DNA of 33,392 bases, from positions 1 through 33,392 of IMG/VR virus record IMGVR_UViG_3300036824_000022; one strand, 5' to 3'. The position numbers and the translations under genes were made by a program. The stretch is from a virus (Duplodnaviria > Caudoviricetes). The notes beneath the pieces are model-generated. The model was not told where the DNA came from, searched no databases, and worked only from the letters and a program-made list of their open reading frames with translations. This document shows, piece after piece, positions 1 through 9,341 of this stretch (within the stretch, counting starts at the first letter, position 1; the number at the start of each line of letters is the position of its first letter).

Positions 1-1401
1 TGCGTTTAACGTACAACCGGAACCGGCGCCACCTGTCGTGGCCATTGGATTTGCGGGGACAGAGCCGCCTAAGACAAGGCCAATATTAGTTACACCAATA
101 CTAGTCACTTGGCCACCAGCCCCAACGGTGCCAACGGTTACTTTTATTCCATTTGAAGCTGAGAGTATATCTCCACCACTATAGAAATTTCCACCATTAG
201 CAATAGTAACAGAAGTTGCCCCTAATTGAGCGTTGCCAGATGCTGTGACTCCACCCGCTGGAGCGGCAGTAAATGAGACACTTGGAACTGAAGTGTATGA
301 TCCATTAGTATTAACGCCTACGGTCTGAACCCCCGACCCAGCAAAGGGATTCTGTGTTATGGGTGGAGGCTGGCCAAAGTCGGGGACGACATTGGAATCC
401 TGGAAGGTTGTGCTTGTTACATTTCCACAGAAGCCATACGGAACGCCTGTGGCAACTGCGGCGCTATAAGATGGTAACGCTCGGTATACGTTGTAGCTGA
501 CAACATTACTACCAGTTGCGGCCACCCAAGTTAATGTATTAGTACCTGCGGTGCTGCGAATATCAGCAACAGGGCCACCACTACCTGCGGCTGGCACTGA
601 TTCTTGCCCATTAATGTCAACGGCAGTTACTAAATATCCGTAGAAAACTGTACCAGTGGTAAGGGTCGAGGATAAAGAAACTGACGTTGGAGGGTTTATA
701 GTTGAGCCAAAGGTAATTGGAGACAGGGTCCAACTAGCTGCTGTGTTAAGGACAAGTTTGGCTGGGGGATGATTTGGGTGGCAAAGAACTAGAATGTTAA
801 CATTCTGAGCATACTTGATGCCAAAGACTTCGGTGTCTAGATAAGTCGTGGTGATTGTATAAACTCGTTGGGTTGTTCCTCCCGGAGCGCCAAAGGCACC
901 AAAGCTAGTTGTGTTTATTGGATTGCCAACGAGATCGGTGAGGGTGAAGGTATTAGTGGTAACATTAGCAACGATATAGGTGTTGCCATTCAACTGGGTC
1001 ATTCCAGCAAAGCCATTGGTGAAAATCCAATCACCATTGGAATAGCCATGAGAGGCAAGAGTGACAATACCCGGGTTAGAATTAGTGATGTTAGTTGGAG
1101 CTTGTCCTGCTTCTAGAACTGGCGCGCCATTGTTATAGAAACGGATGTAGTTGAGACCAAACTCAAGTATATAGCTGACACCGAGTGAGGCTTGAAATGG
1201 GATCAGGCGGACGGTACCGCCTGATCGAGTTTGGCTTATGTATTTAGTGCCGGGTCGAGTGGTTGCACCACCGCGATAGTCGACGAAGAAGTTGCGGAGC
1301 AAAGCTGCGCCGCTGTGGTATTTGGAGAGATCAACACGGGCGTTAAGAGCAGGAGCCCATTCACCGGAGTTGAAGGAAGTTTGTATTACAGGCTGGCCCA
1401 T
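1..1401 (-). CDS. Tail tubular protein B / nozzle (runs off the window edge)
   Basis: Not in the ORF track. Translated by hand from ATG 1401: MGQPVIQTSFNSGEWAPALNARVDLSKYHSGAALLRNFFVDYRGGATTRPGT...RLIPFQ...YILEFGLNYIRFY. This is the typical N-terminus of BPP-1-like podovirus nozzle proteins. Confidence 0.85.
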   Translation of the reverse strand, partial: MGQPVIQTSFNSGEWAPALNARVDLSKYHSGAALLRNFFVDYRGGATTRPGTKYISQTRSGGTVRLIPFQASLGVSYILEFGLNYIRFYNNGAPVLEAGQAPTNITNSNPGIVTLASHGYSNGDWIFTNGFAGMTQLNGNTYIVANVTTNTFTLTDLVGNPINTTSFGAFGAPGGTTQRVYTITTTYLDTEVFGIKYAQNVNILVLCHPNHPPAKLVLNTAASWTLSPITFGSTINPPTSVSLSSTLTTGTVFYGYLVTAVDINGQESVPAAGSGGPVADIRSTAGTNTLTWVAATGSNVVSYNVYRALPSYSAAVATGVPYGFCGNVTSTTFQDSNVVPDFGQPPPITQNPFAGSGVQTVGVNTNGSYTSVPSVSFTAAPAGGVTASGNAQLGATSVTIANGGNFYSGGDILSASNGIKVTVGTVGAGGQVTSIGVTNIGLVLGGSVPANPMATTGGAGSGCTLNA

Positions 1402-1620
1402 TTACTGCACCGGTGCAAAGCAGACGATACCACCCCACCAGAAGTGGCAGGCGAGGAAACCAACTAAAACCCCTACGACCCATGGTAGGGGAGGGAAGGA
1501 TTTGGAGACAGTCCAGACATAGCGGGAGAGAGTTTGCTTGTTTGTGCAGAGGGCATAGGTTTCACCACCGATGAAGCCCAGGAGGATTAAGATGATAAAG
1601 ACAGTCCAGTAGATGTTCAT
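1402..1620 (-). CDS. Small two-TM membrane protein (holin-like candidate)
   Basis: 72 aa with two hydrophobic segments and an E-x-x-AL...TLSRYVW...HF pattern. ATGA-coupled to the upstream gene. Confidence 0.6.
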   Translation of the reverse strand: MNIYWTVFIILILLGFIGGETYALCTNKQTLSRYVWTVSKSFPPLPWVVGVLVGFLACHFWWGGIVCFAPVQ

Positions 1621-2729
1621 GTGTATCCTGGCCAGATGGCCCCCCAGTTAAAGCCAGTGTTGTAAGGTCCGCTGTAGTCCTCAACGTAGTCTATACCACG
1701 TATGCGGAGCCAATCAGGAGTCACGTCGTTGACACGAAGGCCTTCGTTTCCATCGTTGCCTCGAGCGACATTGATGATGCTGTTACCTTGAGTGATAACA
1801 AAGTTAGCTGCGGCTTTGTCTCCAGTGAGGGCTTTGCAAAGGGCTCCCCCGAGGATGAATGCGAAGGCCTCTTGAAAGTCGTCGTCGAAGATAGCTTCAT
1901 CAGTCACGTCACGGACGTAGTTGCCAATGGCAAACTCTTGGTTTGTTAAGATGATACGTTGATCACTGGAAGTAGTGTTTTGAGTCAGGGTGAAGGTTGC
2001 ACCTGTGCCTGCACCGGTCGTTGAGCCTTGTGCTTGTGTTGCCCCGACAAGGTTCGTGAAGTAGCTTCCTCCGATGATAACCGGGGAGGCGACCGAACCC
2101 TCCCCCCGGATGACATTAACAACGCTAACACCAGTAACGCTGCCACCACCACCAATGCTAGTAACCGAAAGAACAGCGGGAGCACCGAGTGGAGCCGAGC
2201 CTTGTGGAGCTTGAGCAAGCGTGATCTGATCGCCAATGGCATAGCCTGTACCTCCTGCTACTGGCGCAGCAGCGGTTACGCCAAAGAATTGATCAATCGC
2301 GGTTGTGTATTTAACCGGTGGCCCTTGCCAGAAGGTTGGGGCGCCACCGGTTACGGCTGTGGTGATTGGGATGCCTGAGGCAAAGCCTGTTGCGGTCTGT
2401 GGAGTGATCCAACACATGCGGATGCAATCCACAGGATACTGATATTCATAGGCCCAAGGTGGAACAGGTTGGCCTTTGGCCCAGAGCTGAGTGGCAGGGG
2501 ATGTGTTCTCAGGCGTGCCTGGGACTGAGGAGATGTAGGTAAGGTTGGCAGTTTGAAAAGCACATTGCCAAGGAGCCAACCTGAGCAACCTCCTTCTAAA
2601 AGGAACGTAGATCAGGTTGGCTTGGATTGCTTCGTTGGAGCCATTGGAGCCTAGCTCAGCCGCGGTCACGGTCGTGCGTGACCCAAAGGTTTGCAGGGCA
2701 CGATTAACCATGTCCACTTGAGCAGGCAT
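1617..2729 (-). CDS. Tail tubular protein A / head-tail adaptor with inserted Gly-rich beta module
   Basis: Start MPAQVDMVNRALQTFG (TAATG overlap, GGGAG SD). Motifs RRRLLRLAPW, WAYEYQYPVDC, ILTN..FDDDF..A and PDWLRIRG are typical of the adaptor family; position is just before the nozzle. Confidence 0.8.
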   Translation of the reverse strand: MPAQVDMVNRALQTFGSRTTVTAAELGSNGSNEAIQANLIYVPFRRRLLRLAPWQCAFQTANLTYISSVPGTPENTSPATQLWAKGQPVPPWAYEYQYPVDCIRMCWITPQTATGFASGIPITTAVTGGAPTFWQGPPVKYTTAIDQFFGVTAAAPVAGGTGYAIGDQITLAQAPQGSAPLGAPAVLSVTSIGGGGSVTGVSVVNVIRGEGSVASPVIIGGSYFTNLVGATQAQGSTTGAGTGATFTLTQNTTSSDQRIILTNQEFAIGNYVRDVTDEAIFDDDFQEAFAFILGGALCKALTGDKAAANFVITQGNSIINVARGNDGNEGLRVNDVTPDWLRIRGIDYVEDYSGPYNTGFNWGAIWPGYT

Positions 2730-2992
2730 TAGTATCTCCCTTGGCTTCCACAGCAACCGTGGTTGGTTCCGCCGATACCAGCGGAGCCACTCTCACTAGA
2801 GCTATCACAACCATTCTCAGTGCCATGGTTGGTGCCGTGCAGGCCTGGACTTTTAGAGTCCATGATATTCTTCGGCCCCTGCGGCATCGCGTAGCGGTTC
2901 ACGTCTCGGCCAGAAGTTACACCTCCTTTACCAGCCGACGCCTGCATGGGTTGGTTTGACTCAGGGCCGAAGCCACCAAGAATGTCTCTCAT
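2729..2992 (-). CDS. Hypothetical Gly-rich low-complexity protein
   Basis: 87 aa, TAATG-coupled on both sides, GTNHG twice, ends GSQGRY. Confidence 0.7.
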   Translation of the reverse strand: MRDILGGFGPESNQPMQASAGKGGVTSGRDVNRYAMPQGPKNIMDSKSPGLHGTNHGTENGCDSSSESGSAGIGGTNHGCCGSQGRY

Positions 2993-3231
2993 TAGAGTTT
3001 CCTTTCCAAAAGTGTAGGCTGGGTTGAAGGCTCAGGCTCAGACGGACCGTCATCAGTCGGTATAGGATAGACCGGATCGACCTTAGGCTCAACAGGCTTG
3101 ACCGTCATCTCATCATTGATAGTCTTGAGCCTTTTCAAAGCCCCATCAGCGATGTTCTTCAACATGTCACCATGAGCCGAGGCCTTCTCATGAATATGCA
3201 ACAGCGCAGCGATTTCTTCTTCGGTGTTCAT
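2992..3231 (-). CDS. Hypothetical protein
   Basis: 79 aa with a helical N-terminus and Pro-rich tail ending LERKL; coupled to both neighbours. Confidence 0.7.
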   Translation of the reverse strand: MNTEEEIAALLHIHEKASAHGDMLKNIADGALKRLKTINDEMTVKPVEPKVDPVYPIPTDDGPSEPEPSTQPTLLERKL

Positions 3232-3488
3232 TTGTGCTTTCCTTGTGATCCAGAGGAATGGATAGTCCTACCACCACCGACTCCTGGGGGAGCGGGCGTT
3301 GGGCCTGGAGGGGTGTAGCCACGACCAGCACCCCACGGGTCGATCTTAAGGGGAAAGTCCCCGTCGTCGGTGGTATGGTTACCGAGCTTGTTACCAAGGT
3401 ACGAGACCGCTCCTGGGTTCACGAACTCAGAATTAGGCTCAACCTTGCCATCGTAAGTGCCTTTGATATCCGCTCTGCCTTGCTTCAT
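3228..3488 (-). CDS. Hypothetical Gly/Pro-rich protein
   Basis: 86 aa, GGAGG SD, TAATG-coupled, ends GSQGKHK. Confidence 0.7.
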   Translation of the reverse strand: MKQGRADIKGTYDGKVEPNSEFVNPGAVSYLGNKLGNHTTDDGDFPLKIDPWGAGRGYTPPGPTPAPPGVGGGRTIHSSGSQGKHK

Positions 3489-3859
3489 TACACGCCTCCA
3501 TTTGGTTTACTCAATTGCCTTGTGTGATCCCAACGATTGTTTGGGTCCTTCGCCATGTCTCGACGAACCTTTTCGAACGTACCTCCATCCATGTGAAGCT
3601 CTGTAAGTAATTGACGATAGCGATCATCACAACGCTCCAATTCACGAAGAACGTGGGATGGGACTGGGTGTCCACGTTCTTCGTACATATAAGCGACATC
3701 ATGAACATCATGCATGTACATGATAAAGCGGCGCATCTTCTCGGGTACTTCACTTTCAGCGTCTCGCATGTAGTTGACGACTTCAACCAACAATTGACGT
3801 ACAATTGCCATGTCTTTACCGATGCGATCAAGACGATCGGAGTCTGTCATATCAGCCAT
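3488..3859 (-). CDS. Hypothetical helical protein
   Basis: 123 aa ORF with GAGGA SD, in operon orientation. Confidence 0.7.
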   Translation of the reverse strand: MADMTDSDRLDRIGKDMAIVRQLLVEVVNYMRDAESEVPEKMRRFIMYMHDVHDVAYMYEERGHPVPSHVLRELERCDDRYRQLLTELHMDGGTFEKVRRDMAKDPNNRWDHTRQLSKPNGGV

Positions 3860-3871
3860 AAGTTATATTCC

Positions 3872-5266
3872 TCAGTTGTATTGCCCACCATTGCTAGTTG
3901 TGCCAGCAGAGTTGCCTGGGAAGAATCCAGCCACTCCACCTGTACCAACAATAGCTCCATTTGTTCCCACGCCATATCGTGCTCCAGTTGCAGCTCCTGA
4001 ATATGTTATTGGACCTTGAATCGTTATAATCCCAGGATATTGCACACATGCAAATGCAGAGCTGAAATTGGGTGTGCCGGTTAAAGTAACAACAGGAGTT
4101 ATAGCGCCATTTGTTTCTATCTGACCTTGATTAGATGTTATCATATGGCAGCCAGCACCGCCACTAATAGTATAGTTACCAAATATAACTATATCAGCGC
4201 CGAATTCGGAGGTTATGTGATTAAAAGCTCCTATGGCTGGAAACACTATATTTTGCATTTGTATAACAGAATTAAAATGAGCAAAAAGAGAATTAGATGC
4301 TGAATTAACTATTTGAAATCCATTGAAGTTAGCAACAGCACCATACATAACTTGCACAGCACCAAAGGTAAGTGATGATGAGATAATAACACTAGAAGGA
4401 GAACCTGGATTTCCAACAAATAGAACTGGAAGCACGGTTCTGGTTAAATTAGTTGGGCTGCTTGTTCCAACCAATGGCCCACTAATAGTAGTTTGCGGAT
4501 ACGTACCATTAGCGACAGAAAAAGTAATGACCTTAGAATTTATATCAAAACTATTTTGGACTAATGAATAGGCAAATGTCATATCCACAAATGGAGTAGA
4601 AGAGGTTAGGCCGTCATTGGAATTACTACCGGTGCCTGCATTAATAAAGATCGAGGTGTTAGCTTGAAACTGACAACGGAACCAAGGAGATGTTTGACGA
4701 TAATTGGAGCCGTCACTATTGAAGACAATAGATTGTCCTGGGCACAAGTAGACAAAACCAGACGAGGCTTTGGCGGTTAAGATCGATGCGCCAGCACCAG
4801 TTTTGATAGATAAAATCCCGGTAGTATCGGCATTAACTATAGTAAGTGATGATCCATTAGGAAGAACCCCAGGGCCTGTGCCAGGAAGCAAATCCGACAT
4901 AGGCGCGCCAGCATTGCTGCGGTTCACAATATTTTGAGAAGAAGTGTAAGTTGTTGCTGCTCCAGTGACAGTAGTATTAGCTGGAGCTGTACAAGAGAAT
5001 GTATTAGAGCTTGAATTATACTGCAACGAACCAACAGTGCAGTTTGGAATCGTAACTCCGCCGAAGACACCGGAGTTATTAAATTGAAATTGTCCCGGCG
5101 AGCCTCCTGGGACACCTGTTAGTACAGAGTTAGGTACAGCTTGTGGAATTCCAGGCGCACCTGTAGGGTTGCCGCAAAGAGTCAGGGCAGGAAACACGCC
5201 ATTGCACTGGGCAAAGGCAGCGAAGGGGGTGAGCCACAGGACGAGGGCAAAGGCTAAGCGTTTCAT
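3872..5266 (-). CDS. Tail fibre/spike-like protein with N-terminal Sec signal peptide
   Basis: Start MKRLAFALVLWLTPFAAFA|Q (ATGA-coupled). Contains a GSNSNDGLTSSTPF..VANGTY beta-helix-type spike motif and C-terminal ATGARY...FFPGNSAG..GGQY; 8 Cys. Confidence 0.75.
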   Translation of the reverse strand: MKRLAFALVLWLTPFAAFAQCNGVFPALTLCGNPTGAPGIPQAVPNSVLTGVPGGSPGQFQFNNSGVFGGVTIPNCTVGSLQYNSSSNTFSCTAPANTTVTGAATTYTSSQNIVNRSNAGAPMSDLLPGTGPGVLPNGSSLTIVNADTTGILSIKTGAGASILTAKASSGFVYLCPGQSIVFNSDGSNYRQTSPWFRCQFQANTSIFINAGTGSNSNDGLTSSTPFVDMTFAYSLVQNSFDINSKVITFSVANGTYPQTTISGPLVGTSSPTNLTRTVLPVLFVGNPGSPSSVIISSSLTFGAVQVMYGAVANFNGFQIVNSASNSLFAHFNSVIQMQNIVFPAIGAFNHITSEFGADIVIFGNYTISGGAGCHMITSNQGQIETNGAITPVVTLTGTPNFSSAFACVQYPGIITIQGPITYSGAATGARYGVGTNGAIVGTGGVAGFFPGNSAGTTSNGGQYN

Positions 5267-5694
5267 TGGAGTAAGGTCCATCCGCCAGAGGAGAGATTTG
5301 GGCGCAGTACGTAGGCGCCATAGGGTTGTTGGATTGTGATTGAGGCAAGGCCGTCGATGGTTTCACCACCAAGTGGAAGGATGGTGATTAGATGTGTGGT
5401 GGCATTGGCATTGCCACCAGCATCTACTACAACCACAGGTGTTGCCACAGCAATACCTGGGATGACGTTGTCACCTGCTACTGAGGCTTTGGCTGAAGGC
5501 AGTTGGATCGTGACAGTAGCAACCACGTTTACCAATACCAGAGTAGTACTACGAAGAAGCGCTGTAGTACCTGTGGTTGTCACACTTAGCAGCGAAGTAT
5601 ATGGAGTTTCAATCCAACCAATAGAAGGACCAAGCCACACACGATGAAGCTGACGATTGGTGCCTCCTTGATCAAGGTCTAACTGAGATGGCAT
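5263..5694 (-). CDS. Fibre-type beta-sandwich protein (no signal peptide)
   Basis: Likely start MPSQLDLDQGG. Pattern TIQLPSA...VVDAGGNA...ITILPLGGETIDG...YG...W is common in phage fibre/baseplate modules. Confidence 0.65.
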   Translation of the reverse strand: MPSQLDLDQGGTNRQLHRVWLGPSIGWIETPYTSLLSVTTTGTTALLRSTTLVLVNVVATVTIQLPSAKASVAGDNVIPGIAVATPVVVVDAGGNANATTHLITILPLGGETIDGLASITIQQPYGAYVLRPNLSSGGWTLLQ

Positions 5695-5695
5695 C

Positions 5696-5851
5696 TCAAG
5701 AACCTTTCTTCTTCCGTAGGATGCCAGTTTTGGCATCCGCCTTGTTGAACTCCTTGGCTACGCCTTGAGGCACTCCAACCTTCTTAGCAAACGCAGGGTT
5801 ATGCGCTGCGCCTGCCATGAGACGGGCTTGAGGTTTGGATTTGCTTGGCAT
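5696..5851 (-). CDS. Small basic phage protein (51 aa)
   Basis: Hand-translated MPSKSKPQARLMAGAAHNPAFAKKVGVPQGVAKEFNKADAKTGILRKKKGS. TGATG-coupled; resembles a recurrent small podovirus structural-region protein. Confidence 0.75.
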   Translation of the reverse strand: MPSKSKPQARLMAGAAHNPAFAKKVGVPQGVAKEFNKADAKTGILRKKKGS

Positions 5852-6552
5852 CAGACTCTCCGACTCATCATCTTGTTTAGAGTCTTCTTTTGCTCTGCAA
5901 CTTCCTTAGCAGCTGCGATTGAGGCTGACTCAGTTAGTTCAGCCTCGGTCACCTCAGCTTCAGGAAGAGGCTCTTCCATATAGACCGGAGGTTTCTCACC
6001 AAGAGCCTTAGCCTGGCGCGTAAGTTCATCCTCATTTGAAGATACCTTTCCGGCAAGCAACGCCAACATCTGTTGGTTCTGAGCCATCATCATGGTCATA
6101 GCTTCGAGGAACTTCTCCATGCCGTGGGCTTGTGGGGCCGAAGCGGCATCGGCTTTCATGTCAGTGAGATGATTCACCAAGCGGTCCCCAAGCTTCGCAT
6201 AGAAGCTAGCTCGCTGAGATTCCTCATCCGTGCCTTTAGTTGGGGTCCAATCATACTTGGCGGATTCGGCTTTGGCTTCATCATCAAGAGGAAACATCCC
6301 AGGAGTGGGCTGACCTTCAAAGGTGATGTCACCATCTTTGCCTTTGCCGGGCCAGCAGATATGGATTTCGCCATCCATCTGATTATTGGCTGGGCGATGG
6401 TTCCAATCATCTTCGACTCGAGGGTCCAAGTGTTTTGGAACCTTGAATGTCTTACGGACTGGTTTGCCGGTGCGCGCGTCGATAGCGGTGTGCTCCCAAC
6501 GTTCGTCGGGGCAGTTTAGGTAGTGAGGTTCAGTTAGTTTCCATCTTGCCAT
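5851..6552 (-). CDS. Hypothetical protein
   Basis: 233 aa with strong AAGGAG SD; acidic C-terminal half; ends MSRRV. Confidence 0.75.
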   Translation of the reverse strand: MARWKLTEPHYLNCPDERWEHTAIDARTGKPVRKTFKVPKHLDPRVEDDWNHRPANNQMDGEIHICWPGKGKDGDITFEGQPTPGMFPLDDEAKAESAKYDWTPTKGTDEESQRASFYAKLGDRLVNHLTDMKADAASAPQAHGMEKFLEAMTMMMAQNQQMLALLAGKVSSNEDELTRQAKALGEKPPVYMEEPLPEAEVTEAELTESASIAAAKEVAEQKKTLNKMMSRRV

Positions 6553-6579
6553 TGTAGTTCTCCTTTGTGAATACGATTA

Positions 6580-9327
6580 TTAGAGGCTCAACGCGTTGTT
6601 CCGCGTTCCCAAGTTCGTCCACGTCACATCCAAAGCCCCAAACTCGTTAGTTCCCGAGTAGGTATCGAGGAAGTTTGATCCATTCGGCGGCAATGCATGG
6701 CCCCAACGCGAGCCAGCGCGGGTGAACTCTCCGGGGAATGCCGCATTCGCAATGTTGAACTGATTGACGAAGGCGATCCAGGCGTCACTCCATTGCTGAC
6801 TGTTGTGGACGGCATAGAGGAATGTGATCTCGTTGGCTGTCAGACCGCTTCCGGCTATTGCCGGATTCCATCCGCCCTCATAGCACATGATGTTTTTGGT
6901 CCGGCCATGGTGTCCCATCACTGAGGCATAGGTTTGCATGATGGTTGTATAGAATGACGTGCCGTTGGCACCCGAACCGTTGTCCGTCGTTAGACCAACC
7001 ATATAGGCATTGATATTGGCGGTTTGATGCGACGGGTTATTAACGTAATCGTCGGCCAATGCTGAAAGACCAGTTCCGCCCGAGGGTACAACTACCGTCG
7101 AATTCCAATTCGTCCCGACATCAATATAGGGAGCCATGTTGGCGAAATCGTACAGTGACATCGGCGCGAACGCGGATGTCATGGCCTGACTGCCAACGGC
7201 GCTCTGCGCCGAGGTGAGTTGGTAAGTTCCAGCGCCTCCAGCCGGACCCGTCAACTGAGATGTGACGAACTGGTACTTGATGCTGTCCGGGAGCGCGACG
7301 CTTGCGACGAGTTGGCCGACCTTGATCGTTCCAGTCACACCGGAAGTTGTTAGAACGCCAGCGGACGAGATAGCTCCCGTGAACGATGCAACCTGAGCCC
7401 ACGAGTTCGACGTATCTCCGTTGATAGAAGGACTGCCGTTGATTCGATCATAGTTCGGCGTGCCGGCAATGCCCATACCTTGCGCGCCCTGCAACCCGAT
7501 CACGAATTTGATCCGGCTATTGCCTGGGAAAACTCCCTTGACATCCTGCACCATCACGCCGGAACGGACTGAGGTGTAGGTAGACTGATTGTTGACACCA
7601 TTACGCAACTGACCAACGCGCGTGAGATAGTTTGCGGTCGAACCCTCACCGCTCGTGTTCCATGTTTCGTTGCTGTACTCCAAAAACAGATTGGCCTTCG
7701 AAGTCAGCCCCGCGTATCCGTTCGCGCCGTTCAAGATCGTGGTGACAGCATTAATTGCCCAATTCGAACCGGAGCTATAATCCTGATCCAACGATAGGAG
7801 GCCCATCATTGGGCAGCACATATACATGTGCGTCGGGCCTTGCGTCGTGTAGAGCGCATTGATCTCGTTGATCAGCGCCGTGCAAAGCTCGATCGGGACA
7901 CCGCATTTATGTGGGGCGGGGGAAATGGCAAAATGCCAGGTGCCATAAGTAGGCGCACCGCCAATCGTAGTACTCGACGCTGCGTTATTCTTATCGAAAT
8001 ATAGCGTGTAATAATTCCCGGTCTGGAAATTGCTGCCCGCCCCAAACGTGCCGCTAGCCTGCTGCCCATCAGGGCACATCGTCGGGAAATCGCCGCGCCC
8101 TCCAACATTCATGGTGATATATTGCGTGACGCTGCCGCTGCCATTGACCCATGCAGGCTGACCCGTGGTGTCGATTCCGATGTCAAATGTATTAGCGTCT
8201 ATGACCGTAATCGTGCCGCGTACATAATCCAGCCCGGTCATGCCAGATGACACACGCCAGATCAGAACGTCCCCCGTGATGAACCCGTGTGCTGTCCATG
8301 TCGCCCGGCCAGGATTGGCTACCGTAACAGCGGACGGCCCCGTGAAGGCTGGAGGCATCCGAACAGCGGAAGCATCTGCCCGGAATGAAACCACCTCGCC
8401 CTGCTGCATCGAGCCCGGCATTCCAGTTGCGCTTGCAAGCGAGAATTTGTTGCCGGTAGCAGTTGCCCCGAGATACGGGGGAGAGATCGTATTATTCATC
8501 GTGCCGATGATGTTCGGCGTTTGCCGGAATTCCCATCGGGTGGTGTGATCATCGAAATTGTTGAGGTTGCCGCCAACCCAATTCATGAACCTGATAGCGG
8601 AAGGGTTTAATGCAACAATGTTGTTCTTGTAGGCGGATCGAAAGATTTTTCCCGCCTGAAAATCAGATGCATCGGCCGAGCGGAAGAAGTTTAGAGCCCC
8701 GTTGTAACCGAGATATTTTCCATTCGCTGTGGGCAGATTGGCAGTAATCTGGAACGGCACGTTCTGCGGACCCGACGCAGACGCGCCCGATACCGAATTA
8801 ATTAGGATAGTCCAGCCGGTGCCAGCCGTATCGGTCACGGTGTAGGTGCCGTTCGATACAACAGTGACATTGGAGGTCGTGCCGGATGTCACCTTACCTG
8901 CTGCGCCGCCGGTGCCCGGACTTGCAACGGTGTAGGTGAGGCCACCACCAAGGTTGAACGTCCCCTCGCCCGTGCCCCATATGATGTAGGGACCGGAGAA
9001 GCTGGAAGTGTGCGGGATCAGAAATCCAAACCCGATTGAGTCGCTACCACTCAGCGCGCCCATGAACCAACCGTTTGCATCCAACAAGGTCTTATTGAAG
9101 TAGTCACTAACGCCTGTAAAACTGCTTCCAAATGGACCAAGACCCCCACTCTGGGGCATCCTAAAATGATCGATGAAGATGTATTCACCAGAGAGAATGA
9201 AATCCATGTTGAATATGGTACGCTGGGAGAACTGTACAGCGCCATGAGTCCAAGCGTGTAATGGTGCGACTTTGAGAATAGACATAGCACTTGCGCCAGC
9301 TAGTAGTTCCCGCCGAGAGATTTTCAT
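6580..9327 (-). CDS. Large Tat-signal protein with glycoside-hydrolase-like (clan GH-A-type) motifs
   Basis: Start MKISRRELLAGASAMSILKVAPLHA|W (twin-arginine). Motifs IRFMNW, LEYSNETWN and CYEGG, with inserted phage beta modules. Confidence 0.7.
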   Translation of the reverse strand: MKISRRELLAGASAMSILKVAPLHAWTHGAVQFSQRTIFNMDFILSGEYIFIDHFRMPQSGGLGPFGSSFTGVSDYFNKTLLDANGWFMGALSGSDSIGFGFLIPHTSSFSGPYIIWGTGEGTFNLGGGLTYTVASPGTGGAAGKVTSGTTSNVTVVSNGTYTVTDTAGTGWTILINSVSGASASGPQNVPFQITANLPTANGKYLGYNGALNFFRSADASDFQAGKIFRSAYKNNIVALNPSAIRFMNWVGGNLNNFDDHTTRWEFRQTPNIIGTMNNTISPPYLGATATGNKFSLASATGMPGSMQQGEVVSFRADASAVRMPPAFTGPSAVTVANPGRATWTAHGFITGDVLIWRVSSGMTGLDYVRGTITVIDANTFDIGIDTTGQPAWVNGSGSVTQYITMNVGGRGDFPTMCPDGQQASGTFGAGSNFQTGNYYTLYFDKNNAASSTTIGGAPTYGTWHFAISPAPHKCGVPIELCTALINEINALYTTQGPTHMYMCCPMMGLLSLDQDYSSGSNWAINAVTTILNGANGYAGLTSKANLFLEYSNETWNTSGEGSTANYLTRVGQLRNGVNNQSTYTSVRSGVMVQDVKGVFPGNSRIKFVIGLQGAQGMGIAGTPNYDRINGSPSINGDTSNSWAQVASFTGAISSAGVLTTSGVTGTIKVGQLVASVALPDSIKYQFVTSQLTGPAGGAGTYQLTSAQSAVGSQAMTSAFAPMSLYDFANMAPYIDVGTNWNSTVVVPSGGTGLSALADDYVNNPSHQTANINAYMVGLTTDNGSGANGTSFYTTIMQTYASVMGHHGRTKNIMCYEGGWNPAIAGSGLTANEITFLYAVHNSQQWSDAWIAFVNQFNIANAAFPGEFTRAGSRWGHALPPNGSNFLDTYSGTNEFGALDVTWTNLGTRNNALSL

Positions 9328-9341
9328 TCCAATGACCTGAT

